Source: a bacterium (GTDB taxonomy: Bacteria; SZUA-182; DTGQ01). From it: a stretch of DNA of 29,441 nt. Of this stretch, positions 16,147 to 26,095 are shown in pieces. The notes beneath the pieces are model-generated. The model was given only the letters and a program-made list of their open reading frames with translations. It did not search any database and was not told where the DNA came from. Positions within the stretch are counted from its first letter, which is position 1. The number at the start of each line of letters is the position of its first letter. A program made the position numbers and the translations under genes. The DNA lies in assembly GCA_040752695.1 (NCBI GenBank), contig JBFMGO010000079.1:1-29441 (forward strand), given 5' to 3'.

Positions 16147-19100
16147 ATGAAACCACAGGTTACAAAAGACACAGAGAGAAGCACGGCACTGGCAGCTTTG
16201 TTCCTCTGTGCACTCCTGGTTTCCCTGTTTCTGTTTCCTGAACGGCCATCTCAAGGGGACGAGCGAAAAGCTGGCGAGCTAAAAACTGACCAGCGAAAAG
16301 CCAATGTGCTTCTAATTACCATCGACACTCTGCGGCAAGACCACCTGGGCTGCTACGGATATCGACCCGGTCAGGGTCAGGCGGAAAAACCTGGCTTCCA
16401 GAATGCGCATTCCGGCTATCACCACCAGATCGAAAAACCCGGCTTCCAGGATGCACAATCCGGCCACCCTCACCAGGCCGAAAATCCCGGCCAGACACCC
16501 GCCATTGACGCTCTGGCCCGTCAGGGAGTGCTGTTTTGGCAGGCATTTACTCCTGTGCCGATTACTCTTCCCTCTCATGTTTCCCTTTTTACCGGCCTTT
16601 ATCCCCATCAGCACGGCGTCCTGGACAACGGCTCGTTTCTTCTGAAGAAGGATGCCCTGACCCTGGCGGAAATCCTGAATGCTCAAAAATTTACAACCGG
16701 CGCGATCATCAGCGCCTCTGTCCTTGACTCCATGTTCGGTCTCGACCAGGGGTTCGATAGCTTCGATGATCATCTGCCCAGGCAGGCAAAAGCAATGGCT
16801 GTTCATTTCAATGAGCGCAGGGCCGCTGAAGTGACCGGTCTGGCTACGGCCTGGATCAAGAGCCAAAGCCGCGAGCAGCGACCCTTTTTTCTCTGGCTTC
16901 ATTACTTCGATCCGCATGCACCCTATGAGCCCCCCGATCCTTTCGCGAGCCGGTATAATACCCGGCCTTACGATGGGGAGATTGCCTATACTGACTACTG
17001 GCTCGGCACCTTGTTCCAGGAATTAAAAAAACTGGGGCTTTTTGAGGAAACCCTCATTGTGCTTACCGCTGACCACGGGGAAGGGCTCGGCGAACACCAG
17101 GAAAGCACGCATGGAAATTTTCTCTACGATTCTACCATCAAGGTTCCCCTGATTATCAAGCTCCCCGGAAAGTCAAAGCCACTTTCCGGCAGCCGCAAGC
17201 AGCAACGGGGCAAGCAGCAGCAGACTAAACAGCAGCAGACCGGGCAGCAACAGGTCAGGCAGCAACAGGTACAGGTGAACGATCTGGTTCGGACTATTGA
17301 CCTTCTGCCCACCATCCTCGACCTTTTGGGACTCTCAGCCTCTATCCCCAAAGGAATTGACGGCGAGAGTATCGTGCCACTGATTCATAAAGGGCAGAGC
17401 GTTCAGAGCATTCAGGGTACTCAGAGCGTTCAGAGCATTCAGAGTGTTCAGGATATTCAGGGTACTCAGGGTGACGAGAATATCCAGGGATCGGGCAAAG
17501 GGAAGGATGCTCTGCCTGTGGCTGAACGTTTCCTCGTGTGCGAAACCTATTACCCCCTCTTTCATTATGGATGGTGCCCTGAACGTGCTGTGAGAACAGC
17601 CGGATGGAAATATATCGAAGCGCCAAAGCCCGAACTCTATGACATGGAGAAAGACCCTGGGGAAAAAAATAACCTCTTCAGACACCAGTATTCTCAGCAT
17701 CCCCCGAATCTACCGAATTCCCCGAATTCGCAGGATACCCAAAATCCGCAAGATCCGCAAGAAATGCAAGATTCGCAGAATTCTGTAGTAGTGCATCTTC
17801 GGTCGCACCTTGAGAGCGCTTTCGGCGATCAGCAAAAAATTTCATCCTCCCGGTACTCTTCTTCAGTCCAACCTGGCCAGGCGATGCTGGAGCGGCTGCA
17901 AAGTCTTGGTTATCTTCAGGCGAAAAGTCCTGTCTCGAAGCTCCCGCTTTCCCGGAAGGAATGGACAAGCCTGCCTGACGTTAAAGACAGGGTAGAGGCG
18001 CTCAGGCATATGGATGAAGGGGTTGCGGATATGACAAACGGACATTATCAGGATGCTCTCCGGAAATTTACTTCGATCATCGAGGCGGACCCAGCCAATG
18101 TATCCGCACTGTTCTATCAGGCCTGCCTCTACCAGAAGCTGTCCAACTACCCTCTGGCCATTGCAGCATTCAGGAAAATTCTCGACCTTGATCCCACTCA
18201 CCTCGATGTTCATAATCACCTGGGGACCATCTATCATGAGATGAATGACCCGAATCAGGCTATCCGGGAATTCCTTCAGGAGATCGGGTTTCATCCCGAC
18301 TATGTCGAAGCTCACTATAACCTGGCCGTAGACTATACGAATCAGGGAAAAATCAAAAAAGCCTGGGACACCTTGACGACGGTCCTTCGGCTGGATCAAG
18401 ACCATGCAGAAGGTTATAACCTGCGGGGAAAGATCCTGATCAGGAAGGGTGATCCCGTCAAAGCGGAAGAGGACTTCCGAAAAGCCATCTCCCTGTGGCC
18501 GGAGTATGGAGATGCACGCAATAACCTGGGAGTCCTGTACAGCCAGCAAAAAAAATATGCAGAGGCCATAAAAGAGCTCGGAATTGCCAAAGACCTCGAT
18601 CCGCACAATGCCGGAATCCTCGTTAATCTGGCCAATACCGAGCTTCAGCAAAACCAGTACAGCCAGGCAAAGGAACACTTTCAGCAGGCTCTCTCACTGC
18701 AGCCGGATTCGCCAGGGGCTAAAGAGGGACTTGGCCGCATCTTTTTGCAGGAAGGCAGCCTGGAAAAGGCCAAGGGCTTGTTCAATCAGATACTGAAGAC
18801 CTCCCCGGAGCTGGCCGGCATCCACTTTCTGCTTGGCCAGGTGTATGCCCGGCAGAATCTGTGGCCAAGTGCCAAAAAAGAATGGGAAGAAACGATTCGC
18901 CTGGACCCGGGCTACGATTCTGCCTATACACAACTGGGCAACCTGCTTTTCCAGCAGGGGCGGAGCGCAGAGGCTATTACTAATTGGCAAAAGGCGATCA
19001 GCCTGAATCCGCAAAACCTTGAAGCTTACCATAACCTGGGCGCCGCATTCTATCGGCAGGGCAATATGGAGGGGGCAATCAAGGCATGGGAGAGCGTCCT

Positions 19101-19479
19101 TCTCCTTGATCCCGCTTCGGTTCCCGCTCATCTTCACCTTGGCTCGGCCAGGTTTCAGCAGGGGAATTTGCAATCTGCAATTTCGGAATGGCAAAGGGTG
19201 CTCGAAATCGAGCCCAAAAACTTCGATGCACTCTCAAACCTCGGCTCAGCTTATATTCGAAAGGGACAGACGGAAGAAGCGAAAAAAAGCTGGCAAAGAG
19301 CTGTGGAGATTCAGCCGGACAATGCGGACATTCACTTTAACCTGGCTATCGTGTATCTGCAGCAGGGCCTTTTGGCAAAAGGAGCGAGCGAGCTGGAAAA
19401 GGTGCTAAGGATCAATCCGGATTATCCAAAGGCAGGGGAACTGCTGCAAAGAGCCAGAACAGCGGGGAAAGAGCAGTGA
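16147..19479 (+). CDS. Exported sulfatase-fold (alkaline phosphatase superfamily) protein with a long C-terminal TPR array
   Basis: NVLLITIDTLRQD, TLPSHVSLFTG, FFLWLHYFDPHAPY, TADHGE, ELYD..DPGE.NNL, ERLQSLGYL, then about 14 TPR-like 34-aa repeats. Start uncertain (16126 GTG or 16147 ATG). Confidence 0.88.
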   Translation: MKPQVTKDTERSTALAALFLCALLVSLFLFPERPSQGDERKAGELKTDQRKANVLLITIDTLRQDHLGCYGYRPGQGQAEKPGFQNAHSGYHHQIEKPGFQDAQSGHPHQAENPGQTPAIDALARQGVLFWQAFTPVPITLPSHVSLFTGLYPHQHGVLDNGSFLLKKDALTLAEILNAQKFTTGAIISASVLDSMFGLDQGFDSFDDHLPRQAKAMAVHFNERRAAEVTGLATAWIKSQSREQRPFFLWLHYFDPHAPYEPPDPFASRYNTRPYDGEIAYTDYWLGTLFQELKKLGLFEETLIVLTADHGEGLGEHQESTHGNFLYDSTIKVPLIIKLPGKSKPLSGSRKQQRGKQQQTKQQQTGQQQVRQQQVQVNDLVRTIDLLPTILDLLGLSASIPKGIDGESIVPLIHKGQSVQSIQGTQSVQSIQSVQDIQGTQGDENIQGSGKGKDALPVAERFLVCETYYPLFHYGWCPERAVRTAGWKYIEAPKPELYDMEKDPGEKNNLFRHQYSQHPPNLPNSPNSQDTQNPQDPQEMQDSQNSVVVHLRSHLESAFGDQQKISSSRYSSSVQPGQAMLERLQSLGYLQAKSPVSKLPLSRKEWTSLPDVKDRVEALRHMDEGVADMTNGHYQDALRKFTSIIEADPANVSALFYQACLYQKLSNYPLAIAAFRKILDLDPTHLDVHNHLGTIYHEMNDPNQAIREFLQEIGFHPDYVEAHYNLAVDYTNQGKIKKAWDTLTTVLRLDQDHAEGYNLRGKILIRKGDPVKAEEDFRKAISLWPEYGDARNNLGVLYSQQKKYAEAIKELGIAKDLDPHNAGILVNLANTELQQNQYSQAKEHFQQALSLQPDSPGAKEGLGRIFLQEGSLEKAKGLFNQILKTSPELAGIHFLLGQVYARQNLWPSAKKEWEETIRLDPGYDSAYTQLGNLLFQQGRSAEAITNWQKAISLNPQNLEAYHNLGAAFYRQGNMEGAIKAWESVLLLDPASVPAHLHLGSARFQQGNLQSAISEWQRVLEIEPKNFDALSNLGSAYIRKGQTEEAKKSWQRAVEIQPDNADIHFNLAIVYLQQGLLAKGASELEKVLRINPDYPKAGELLQRARTAGKEQ

Positions 19480-19567
19480 TCGATAGCACCCCTTCCCATA
19501 GAGGCATCCAGCACTATCACTATAAATGTATCGAACACCATAAAGGCATCCTGCAGGAGAGCGGCTC

Positions 19568-20176
19568 ATGCTGACGATTCAGCCAACGCTGACGATTTAC
19601 ATAACCATAATCCTTATCCTTGCCGCCTGCACGCTGGTGCTGATGGCTCCCCTTTCGCTGAACATTAATACCAGAGAGCACAGGTATGTCCTCAGTCTGG
19701 CCTGGCTCTTCCAAATCCAATACGGATGCCCAGAGCACCCGGGATGCCTTCGGTTCTCCCTCCCTGGCTGCTCCTGGGTCAGGAAGCTCAGGTGGCCAGT
19801 GGCCGCATTTGACCAAAAAGGACTGAAGCGGCTTGGAGGTCTGGTGATGAATGAAAGGGAGCCGCTTGGTGGAGCGCTGCTGAAGGCAAAAGATGCATGG
19901 GATGATCTCTTGCGACTGTCCGTCCGGAAGCTGGAAATCAACCTGTGCACCCCCGATTTTATGGCCAATGCTCTGCTTTCCCTGGTCTTGAGCGGACTTT
20001 TTGCCAATCGAAAATACGAGGGAATCCGGATAAGCGTCAATTATCTGGAAGAAAACTGGCTGATTGCCTGCTTTACCGTGCGCCTGTGGGCAGCAGGGTG
20101 GATATCTGCCAAATTTGCTTTTTCCGGGCCTGTTTCAAGGCTGGGCGTTTCCATAATCCGCAGCCTGCTCAAGTGA
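19568..20176 (+). CDS. Membrane-anchored hypothetical protein, probably YtfI/DUF2953-like partner of GerW
   Basis: RBS AGGAG, N-terminal TM segment, INLCTPDFMANALL. Lies directly upstream of a YtfJ/GerW gene. Confidence 0.5.
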   Translation: MLTIQPTLTIYITIILILAACTLVLMAPLSLNINTREHRYVLSLAWLFQIQYGCPEHPGCLRFSLPGCSWVRKLRWPVAAFDQKGLKRLGGLVMNEREPLGGALLKAKDAWDDLLRLSVRKLEINLCTPDFMANALLSLVLSGLFANRKYEGIRISVNYLEENWLIACFTVRLWAAGWISAKFAFSGPVSRLGVSIIRSLLK

Positions 20177-20360
20177 AAAAGCCGACAGGAAGAAGATGAG
20201 TGACAGAAGGAAGATGAGTGGCAGGAAGAAAATTAAAGAGGATAAGCGGCAAGAGGAAGATTGAAGAAAATGAGTGGCAAGAAGAGGAGGATGATGAGTC
20301 AAAGAATGGTAAAGGGAAGAAAAAAGGTAAAGGGTATAAATAAGGTAAGGAGAAGAAAAA
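20177..20360 (+). repeat. Purine-rich low-complexity spacer with GAAGATGAGTG repeats
   Basis: Repeated GAAG(A)AGATGAGTG-like units, almost no C. Confidence 0.6.
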
Positions 20361-20768
20361 ATGGAAAATAACATCATTGAAACTTTAACTACTTTGCTGA
20401 AGGAGTTCCAGAAATATGGGGCTACGGAAAATGTGATTGGCAAGGAAATGCGCATCGGAGATGTGTCCATTGTACCGGTCACCAGACTTACCCTGGGGGT
20501 TGGAGCAGGTGGAGGCGTGAATGACAAAAAGGGGGAAGAGAAAGGGAGTGGCGGCGGTGGCGGATTGAAGATAGAACCAGTGGCTTTCCTGGTGATTCAA
20601 AAAGACCGGGTTTCTCTTTTGAGCATGGGAAAGAAAGGGCCGTTTGACACGATTTCCGAGCAAATACCGGGTTTGCTCAATAAGTGGATAGAAAAGCAAA
20701 CCACTCCCGCAAAGGGAAAAGAAAATGAGAAGGCACATGAGAAGGTGAATGAAAAGGCAAATGAGTGA
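20361..20768 (+). CDS. GerW/YtfJ-family protein
   Basis: ENVIGKEMRIGDVSIVPV...GVGAGGG...GSGGGGGLKIEPVAFLVI signature; RBS AAGGAG. Confidence 0.85.
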   Translation: MENNIIETLTTLLKEFQKYGATENVIGKEMRIGDVSIVPVTRLTLGVGAGGGVNDKKGEEKGSGGGGGLKIEPVAFLVIQKDRVSLLSMGKKGPFDTISEQIPGLLNKWIEKQTTPAKGKENEKAHEKVNEKANE

Positions 20769-20897
20769 GGTAAATCCGGTCTTCCGTTTTGCTTTCTCCT
20801 GTTTTCCCGCTCCGATCTGCACCTTGATCACTGCCTGCTCTCGGATAAATCTATCCCTCGTTCCCTGGTGAATCAACCGCTCATTCCTGATGACTTC

Positions 20898-22091
20898 TTA
20901 CTCCTGTTCCCTAATGGCTTTAGCCACGGTGGTCCCAAGTTTTTGGCATTCGGCCAGATCGGGAGCTTTTGGCTGCCATTTGGCCAGTACTCCTTGAGCA
21001 ACTACTGGAATACGGCACCGGTTCAAGTGCTCCTCAATGAGTTTGACCGACTCCGCGCTCCAGCCATAGGTTCCGAAGGCAGCGCCAATCTTATTCAGGA
21101 ACTTCAAGCCCCTTAGGTCCTCCAGAATAGGAGTGATCGTTGGCAGAAGGCCGTTATTCAGAGTCGGCGACCCGATGAGAACAGCCTTGGTCTTGAAGAT
21201 TTCGGTAATAACGTCATTGCGGTCAGAGACTGCCATATGGAACAGCTTGTAGGGAATATCCTCCCCGGCCAGTCCATAGCCAATGGCTTCAGCCATTTTC
21301 CGGGTGCCTTCCCACATGGTATCATAGAGAATGACCGCGCTTTGGTGCGGCGTCTGTCTTGCCCACTCCTGGTACTTTTTGACAATCTGGAGCGGGTCTT
21401 TGCGCCATATGATTCCATGACTTGGAGCAATGATATCAACGGCTAGGTTCAGGGCCAGAACCTCATCGATTTTCTTCGTAACCAGCTTACTGAAGGGAGT
21501 CAGGATATTGGCATAATACTTTAGTGCTTCCTCGTAGAGCTCCTCCTGGTCTACCTCGTCGTTGTAGCGGAAGCCGGTGGCGTAATGCTGGCCAAATGCA
21601 TCATTGGGCATAAGGATGTTTTTCTTGGTCAGATAGGTGAACATACTGTCCGGCCAGTGCAACATCGGGGCCTCGACAAAGACAAGGTCGCTGCTGCCGA
21701 TATTGATAGTGTCGCCGGTTTGCACCACCCTGAAATTCCAGGGCTGATGGTAGTGCCCTTCGACGCTTTCCGCACCACGCTTTGAAACCACAACCTGAGC
21801 ATTGGGAGCGTGTCGCACAACCGCAGGAAGCCCCCCTGAGTGATCGGTTTCGGCATGATTGGCCACAATAAAATCGATTCTGGCAGGATCTATTACCTGG
21901 CTGATGTTCTCAATCAGTTGATCCTGGAATGGACTCCAGACCGTATCCACCAGAGCGATTTTTTCATCAACGATAAGATAGGCGTTGTAGGTCGAGCCCC
22001 GGTGAGTGGAAAGCTCGTGTCCGTGAAAATGCCTCAATGCCCAGTCGACTACACCAACCCAATAGACACCCTCAGTCAATTTTTCTACCAT
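20898..22091 (-). CDS. fprA: Flavodiiron protein (FprA, A-type flavoprotein; metallo-beta-lactamase plus flavodoxin domains)
   Basis: GSTYNAYLI, HAETDHSG (HxExDH), LHWPD, DAFG, APSHG, GSPT, AFGTYGW; RBS GAGGAGG. Confidence 0.92.
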   Translation of the reverse strand: MVEKLTEGVYWVGVVDWALRHFHGHELSTHRGSTYNAYLIVDEKIALVDTVWSPFQDQLIENISQVIDPARIDFIVANHAETDHSGGLPAVVRHAPNAQVVVSKRGAESVEGHYHQPWNFRVVQTGDTINIGSSDLVFVEAPMLHWPDSMFTYLTKKNILMPNDAFGQHYATGFRYNDEVDQEELYEEALKYYANILTPFSKLVTKKIDEVLALNLAVDIIAPSHGIIWRKDPLQIVKKYQEWARQTPHQSAVILYDTMWEGTRKMAEAIGYGLAGEDIPYKLFHMAVSDRNDVITEIFKTKAVLIGSPTLNNGLLPTITPILEDLRGLKFLNKIGAAFGTYGWSAESVKLIEEHLNRCRIPVVAQGVLAKWQPKAPDLAECQKLGTTVAKAIREQE

Positions 22092-22655
22092 ACCACGGAT
22101 TCCTCCTCTCGTCTTTATTGTACAACCGGCTTATTGTACGACTCCTTTTCTATTCCCTATTCTATCCCCTATAAACACGATGCATTAACCTCTGGAGGAC
22201 GGCAAGGGCAAGGGCCCTTTTCTTTGGTAAATGGGGATGGGGGAATTTTCGTAGCACATTGTTTAATGTTAATAACACTGCTCTGATCAAGTGCCCCCTG
22301 CACAATCTATAGAGTCCCCCTTACAATATCCATGGAGTGATAGTAAGGGTGTTTTTTCACCGTATAATTCACCATAATCTGATAGAGCCAAAGAGAAATT
22401 AACACCAATTTAGCATTAGTGAGATAAAATAGCTACCTGGATTTCTATTTTATAAGGGATTTCACGGGAGTCTCCGGTTCTATCATTTCAAATGAAATCT
22501 CTTGCCGTTTCAGATGAAATCTCTCGCCATTCGTAGCCCTCACCTGCTTTCATTCTTTCATTCGCACTTCTGCCGGTGCTGGCGCATACTCCTGCCTCTC
22601 ACTCCTCACTCCTGCCTCTCTTCTTACTCCTTCCTTCCCCATTACTCCCTTCTTT

Positions 22656-24293
22656 CTACTCCGGCCCTAATACGGTGATTCCTCCTATTGGCTTTCGGAA
22701 TTCGAATCCGATCTTCTGCGAGCTGTAATAAGCGTTTGAGGTAGCGATAGAGGCATGTGAACAAAAGACTGTTCCGTCTTTATCCAGGGCTATGATACCT
22801 TCACTTGTATCAGGCAGCTCTATAATCGAAGTTATAACGGCCTCTGACTGTTGGTTTTCGGCAGTTCGGGGTGGCGCTATAACGAGCAGCAGGGATTCCA
22901 TGGTGAAAAAGACAGGTATTTCGTTTTTTTCAGGCATGAGCTCATACCCTGAGCTCAGGGTGAGATACAGATAATTTTTGCTGGCTGAAACAACACTGTT
23001 GCATCTTACTGTGGGCTTGACATCCCTGCGGTATGTGATGTCCTCAACCCAGGAGGGGGGGGAATCGGGGAGCCTTTTAAGGGCAGTATCGGTAAAATCC
23101 ATCTTCCATGCTGTTGACCCCGAATTTCCTGAATCTTTGACCGCATAGAGAGTGCTTCTACTGACGCAGTAGATCGTCCCGTCAGACCCGACGGTTGGTG
23201 ATGCCGGCATGATGCCGATATGAAGCCTCCATGCCTTTCCTCCCTCCTTATTGAAAGCAAAAAGGGTTCCTGCCCCATCCAGGACATAGATATGCGATCC
23301 ATCGGAAGAAACCGCAGGACTTGCTCCACTGCCTGGAGATATCCTTGTTTGAAAAGCCAGCCGCAGCCCGCCAGGACTATCACCGCTGCCGGGAATAAAA
23401 TCAATGCCGTAGAATTTTCCCTGTACGGTATTGGATCGCTCAGAGGGTTTTATATTTCCAAGAATATAAATCCGTCCATTGGCCGGGTTCACTACCGGAG
23501 TATTGGTTACCTTAAACTGATATCCCATGAGACAGTTAAAAATCTCGCTCGTCGAAAGTCCATTGTTTCCAGTGCTTACCATGCCCTGCCATAATCCGGA
23601 AGGAGCGGCAAGCCTGTAGCGGTCCCCAGGAGGCTGATCGGGAAGTTCCAGGGGTGGCGTAGCCAGGCGGCCATCCTTTGGGTCGAATACATAGATTATT
23701 CCTCTTCTGTTTATTCCGACAATGTGTCCATCCAGAGTGAAAACGGTGGAAGCGAAAGGTCCATCAAGCCCGGAATGTCTCCACTTCAGGCTCCCATCAG
23801 GATGAAAGCTGAAAAATTCATCCGCGTCAGCAAGATAGAGGTCGCCCTCGTGGTCTATCAATGGGGAACTGCACAGAGCACCAACATCCAGGAGGTAACT
23901 TCGCCACAGCTCATTTCCTTGCCGGTCAAATGCATGCAGATTCCCATATGATTCATCCTTGCCTGTAGTGAAATAGATATTCCCTTCCGGCCCGATCACC
24001 GCAGGAGTAACTACCGCGGAATAATCGTTTTCGATCGCATGCCATTTTTGCTTTAATGTGGCGGTTGTAGTAAAGGGAAGGTAATTCGAATTCCTGGAAT
24101 CCCTGTGTATGGTCGGCCAGGAAGTCTGGGCGTACGGGGATGGAAGATCCCATGAGCTTGCATTTTGACTAAAAACGATTTTTTCTCCAGGTAAAAGCCG
24201 GGCGGTTTCTCCTTTGAGGCCAGGATAAAGGAACCATCCAGTTATGGCTGACATAATCAGTATTGAAATTACTCTTCCCACTGTTTTTTTCAT
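22656..24293 (-). CDS. Secreted PQQ-like beta-propeller repeat protein
   Basis: Signal peptide, WPTIHRDSRNS, repeated SPxIxxDGxIY and LxAFxxxGxxxW motifs. Confidence 0.75.
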   Translation of the reverse strand: MKKTVGRVISILIMSAITGWFLYPGLKGETARLLPGEKIVFSQNASSWDLPSPYAQTSWPTIHRDSRNSNYLPFTTTATLKQKWHAIENDYSAVVTPAVIGPEGNIYFTTGKDESYGNLHAFDRQGNELWRSYLLDVGALCSSPLIDHEGDLYLADADEFFSFHPDGSLKWRHSGLDGPFASTVFTLDGHIVGINRRGIIYVFDPKDGRLATPPLELPDQPPGDRYRLAAPSGLWQGMVSTGNNGLSTSEIFNCLMGYQFKVTNTPVVNPANGRIYILGNIKPSERSNTVQGKFYGIDFIPGSGDSPGGLRLAFQTRISPGSGASPAVSSDGSHIYVLDGAGTLFAFNKEGGKAWRLHIGIMPASPTVGSDGTIYCVSRSTLYAVKDSGNSGSTAWKMDFTDTALKRLPDSPPSWVEDITYRRDVKPTVRCNSVVSASKNYLYLTLSSGYELMPEKNEIPVFFTMESLLLVIAPPRTAENQQSEAVITSIIELPDTSEGIIALDKDGTVFCSHASIATSNAYYSSQKIGFEFRKPIGGITVLGPE

Positions 24294-24384
24294 GATAGAT
24301 TCTTCCTTTTCCTCATTTGTAATGAAACGACAGAAATCTGATTATTATCTACCATATCGGCTGCACTGAATTTTTTAACTTAAC

Positions 24385-24550
24385 GGGATGTGAGACGCTG
24401 GAGACTGACGGTTGGATGCCGGGTACTGAATAGGGGAGAGGGGGTTGGATACCGAGTGCCGGATACCGGATGCAGGATGCCGGATAACGGCTGATAACAG
24501 GTGAGCGTCAGATAGAGAGCCAAGACGCCTCAGATAGAGCCAAGACGCCT
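24385..24550. repeat. Degenerate heptamer repeats (GGATGCC/GGATACC) plus a GAGCCAAGACGCCT duplication
   Basis: GGATACCGAGTGCCGGATACCGGATGCAGGATGCCGGATAAC; AGAGCCAAGACGCCT occurs twice. Confidence 0.6.
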
Positions 24551-24670
24551 TTGAAGTTGGATGTAGTTTGCATGGATTGGGTCCAGTATCTTTACTTCTG
24601 AATTTATTCAGACGGCATATTTTTTTTACAGCAGGAGATACGGCAGCAGGCCAAAGTACACGGCGCATTA

Positions 24671-24740
24671 AGAACCTATCCCAAAAACCCCATTTGGAGT
24701 AACTGGTTTATCGTCTGCCGGAGGTTTTGGGATGGCCTCT
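24671..24740. mobile_element. 70-bp MITE-like element, family 2, copy 2
   Basis: AGAACCTATCCCAAAAA...TTTTGGGATGGCCTCT, same length as and inverted relative to 14426-14495. Possible TAA duplication at the ends. Confidence 0.7.
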
Positions 24741-25042
24741 AAATACACAGCCAGATAGGATCATTCATAATGCTGTTCATTCAGCCCGTCCATGCAGAAT
24801 GAACTGGCTGCGTAATGCCCGCACTATGCTCTATAACGATTTTCGCTTGAGTGAACTACTATATCGCATTGATGTATTTGCCGATAGGCTGTATGTGTAG
24901 CACATGAAACTGCAAACCGCTATAAGCTTATCAGTAATACCAGGTATATGTTTATCAGTGGACAGATGGCGGCTGAATGAGTAAAATATCATTTCCCAAT
25001 ATGAAAGAAACACGGGTTGCGATTATGGGAGGAAACTGAAGA

Positions 25043-25945
25043 ATGAGTAAGGAATTATTGAACACCCGCGAATTGGCAGAATACCTTGACATCAACGAAA
25101 AAAAAATTTACAGCCTTATTCTGGAAAAAGGATTGCCATCTACCAAAGTAACCGGCAAGTGGCTTTTCCCGAAACGTCTGGTCGATGTCTGGATTGATAA
25201 TAATATTCAGAATTACCCCTGGATGCAGGGCAAATTAAAGAGCTTCAGTGAATCTTTGATTATCGCTGGAAGCAATGACCTTCTCCTGCCCCATATTTTG
25301 TCTTCCTTTCAGGAAGAGCACGAGGACATTCTCCCCCTCTATAGCAGTATTGGGAGCATGGGGGGAATTAATGCAGTTAAAAGAGGCTGGTGTCATATTG
25401 GCGCATCACATATACTCCAAAAGGAGAATGAAGAGTATAATCTGGCCTGCGTGAAAGATATGCTTGGCGATGAATTCACCATGATCAATTTTGCCTATAG
25501 GAACCAGGGTCTGGTACTGGCGGCGCACAATCCGAAAGATATCAAAGGCATTAAAGACATGGCCAGACCAAACATCACCATCGTGAATCGGCCAATTGGC
25601 ACAGGCACCAGATTCCTTTTAGATTATGAATTAGAAAAGAACGCAATCGATTCAAAAAATATCAAAGGATATAATCAGACCTGTCTGACACACCTTGATG
25701 TGGGAATAGAAATTCTGTCAGGAAGGGCGGATGCGGGATTAACCATTCAGCCTATTGCTCAGATGCTGGGCCTGAATTTTATTCCGCTGCGGAAAGAACG
25801 GTTTGATTTGATTATCAGCAAGAAGCTGTTTTTTGACACCAAGATCCAGGCTTTTATCACTTTTCTCCATTCAGAAGAGATTATTAATTACAGTAAGCGG
25901 TTTATCGGCTATGATCTCAAAGATATAGGAAACATCATTTATTGA
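25043..25945 (+). CDS. Excisionase-like HTH plus periplasmic-binding-protein-domain transcriptional regulator (molybdate/tungstate-responsive, YvgK/TaoR-like)
   Basis: LLNTRELAEYLDINEKKIY...GKWLFP HTH; IAGSNDLL, SIGSMGG, RNQGL, NRPIGTGTR, ADAGL, ERFDL. RBS GGAGG. Adjacent to tupA. Confidence 0.85.
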   Translation: MSKELLNTRELAEYLDINEKKIYSLILEKGLPSTKVTGKWLFPKRLVDVWIDNNIQNYPWMQGKLKSFSESLIIAGSNDLLLPHILSSFQEEHEDILPLYSSIGSMGGINAVKRGWCHIGASHILQKENEEYNLACVKDMLGDEFTMINFAYRNQGLVLAAHNPKDIKGIKDMARPNITIVNRPIGTGTRFLLDYELEKNAIDSKNIKGYNQTCLTHLDVGIEILSGRADAGLTIQPIAQMLGLNFIPLRKERFDLIISKKLFFDTKIQAFITFLHSEEIINYSKRFIGYDLKDIGNIIY

Positions 25946-25947
25946 AT

Positions 25948-26095
25948 GTGGTATCTCATAATCCAAAATCGCTCATATATAGTAGCCATCATAGCCGCTC
26001 TTCGTCATTCCCACGAAGGCGGGGATGACGAAATCTAATGCCTTAGGTGTGTTGCCTTATAATTATGAGCGTCCAAAATATGAGATGCCGCTTTT
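25948..26095 (+). terminator. Rho-independent terminator interrupted by a MITE in its loop
   Basis: GTGGTATCTCATA (25948-25960) pairs, with G-U pairs, to TATGAGATGCCGC (26079-26091), followed by TTTT. Confidence 0.55.
25970..26071. mobile_element. 102-bp MITE with 8-bp target-site duplication, same family as 12001-12060, carrying an internal REP-like hairpin
   Basis: CGCTCATATATAGTAGCCATCA...GGTGTGTTGCCTTATAATTATGAGCG, flanked by TCCAAAAT at 25962-25969 and 26072-26079. Internal TTCGTCATTCCC...GGGGATGACGAA. Confidence 0.8.

Noticed and set aside
16312..19408. Long antisense or alternate-frame ORFs over the sulfatase-TPR gene (up to 271 aa)
   Set aside because: Codon-bias shadows of a well-supported gene.
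24375..24668. 97-aa minus-strand ORF with HPASGIR repeats
   Set aside because: It is a translation of heptamer DNA repeats.
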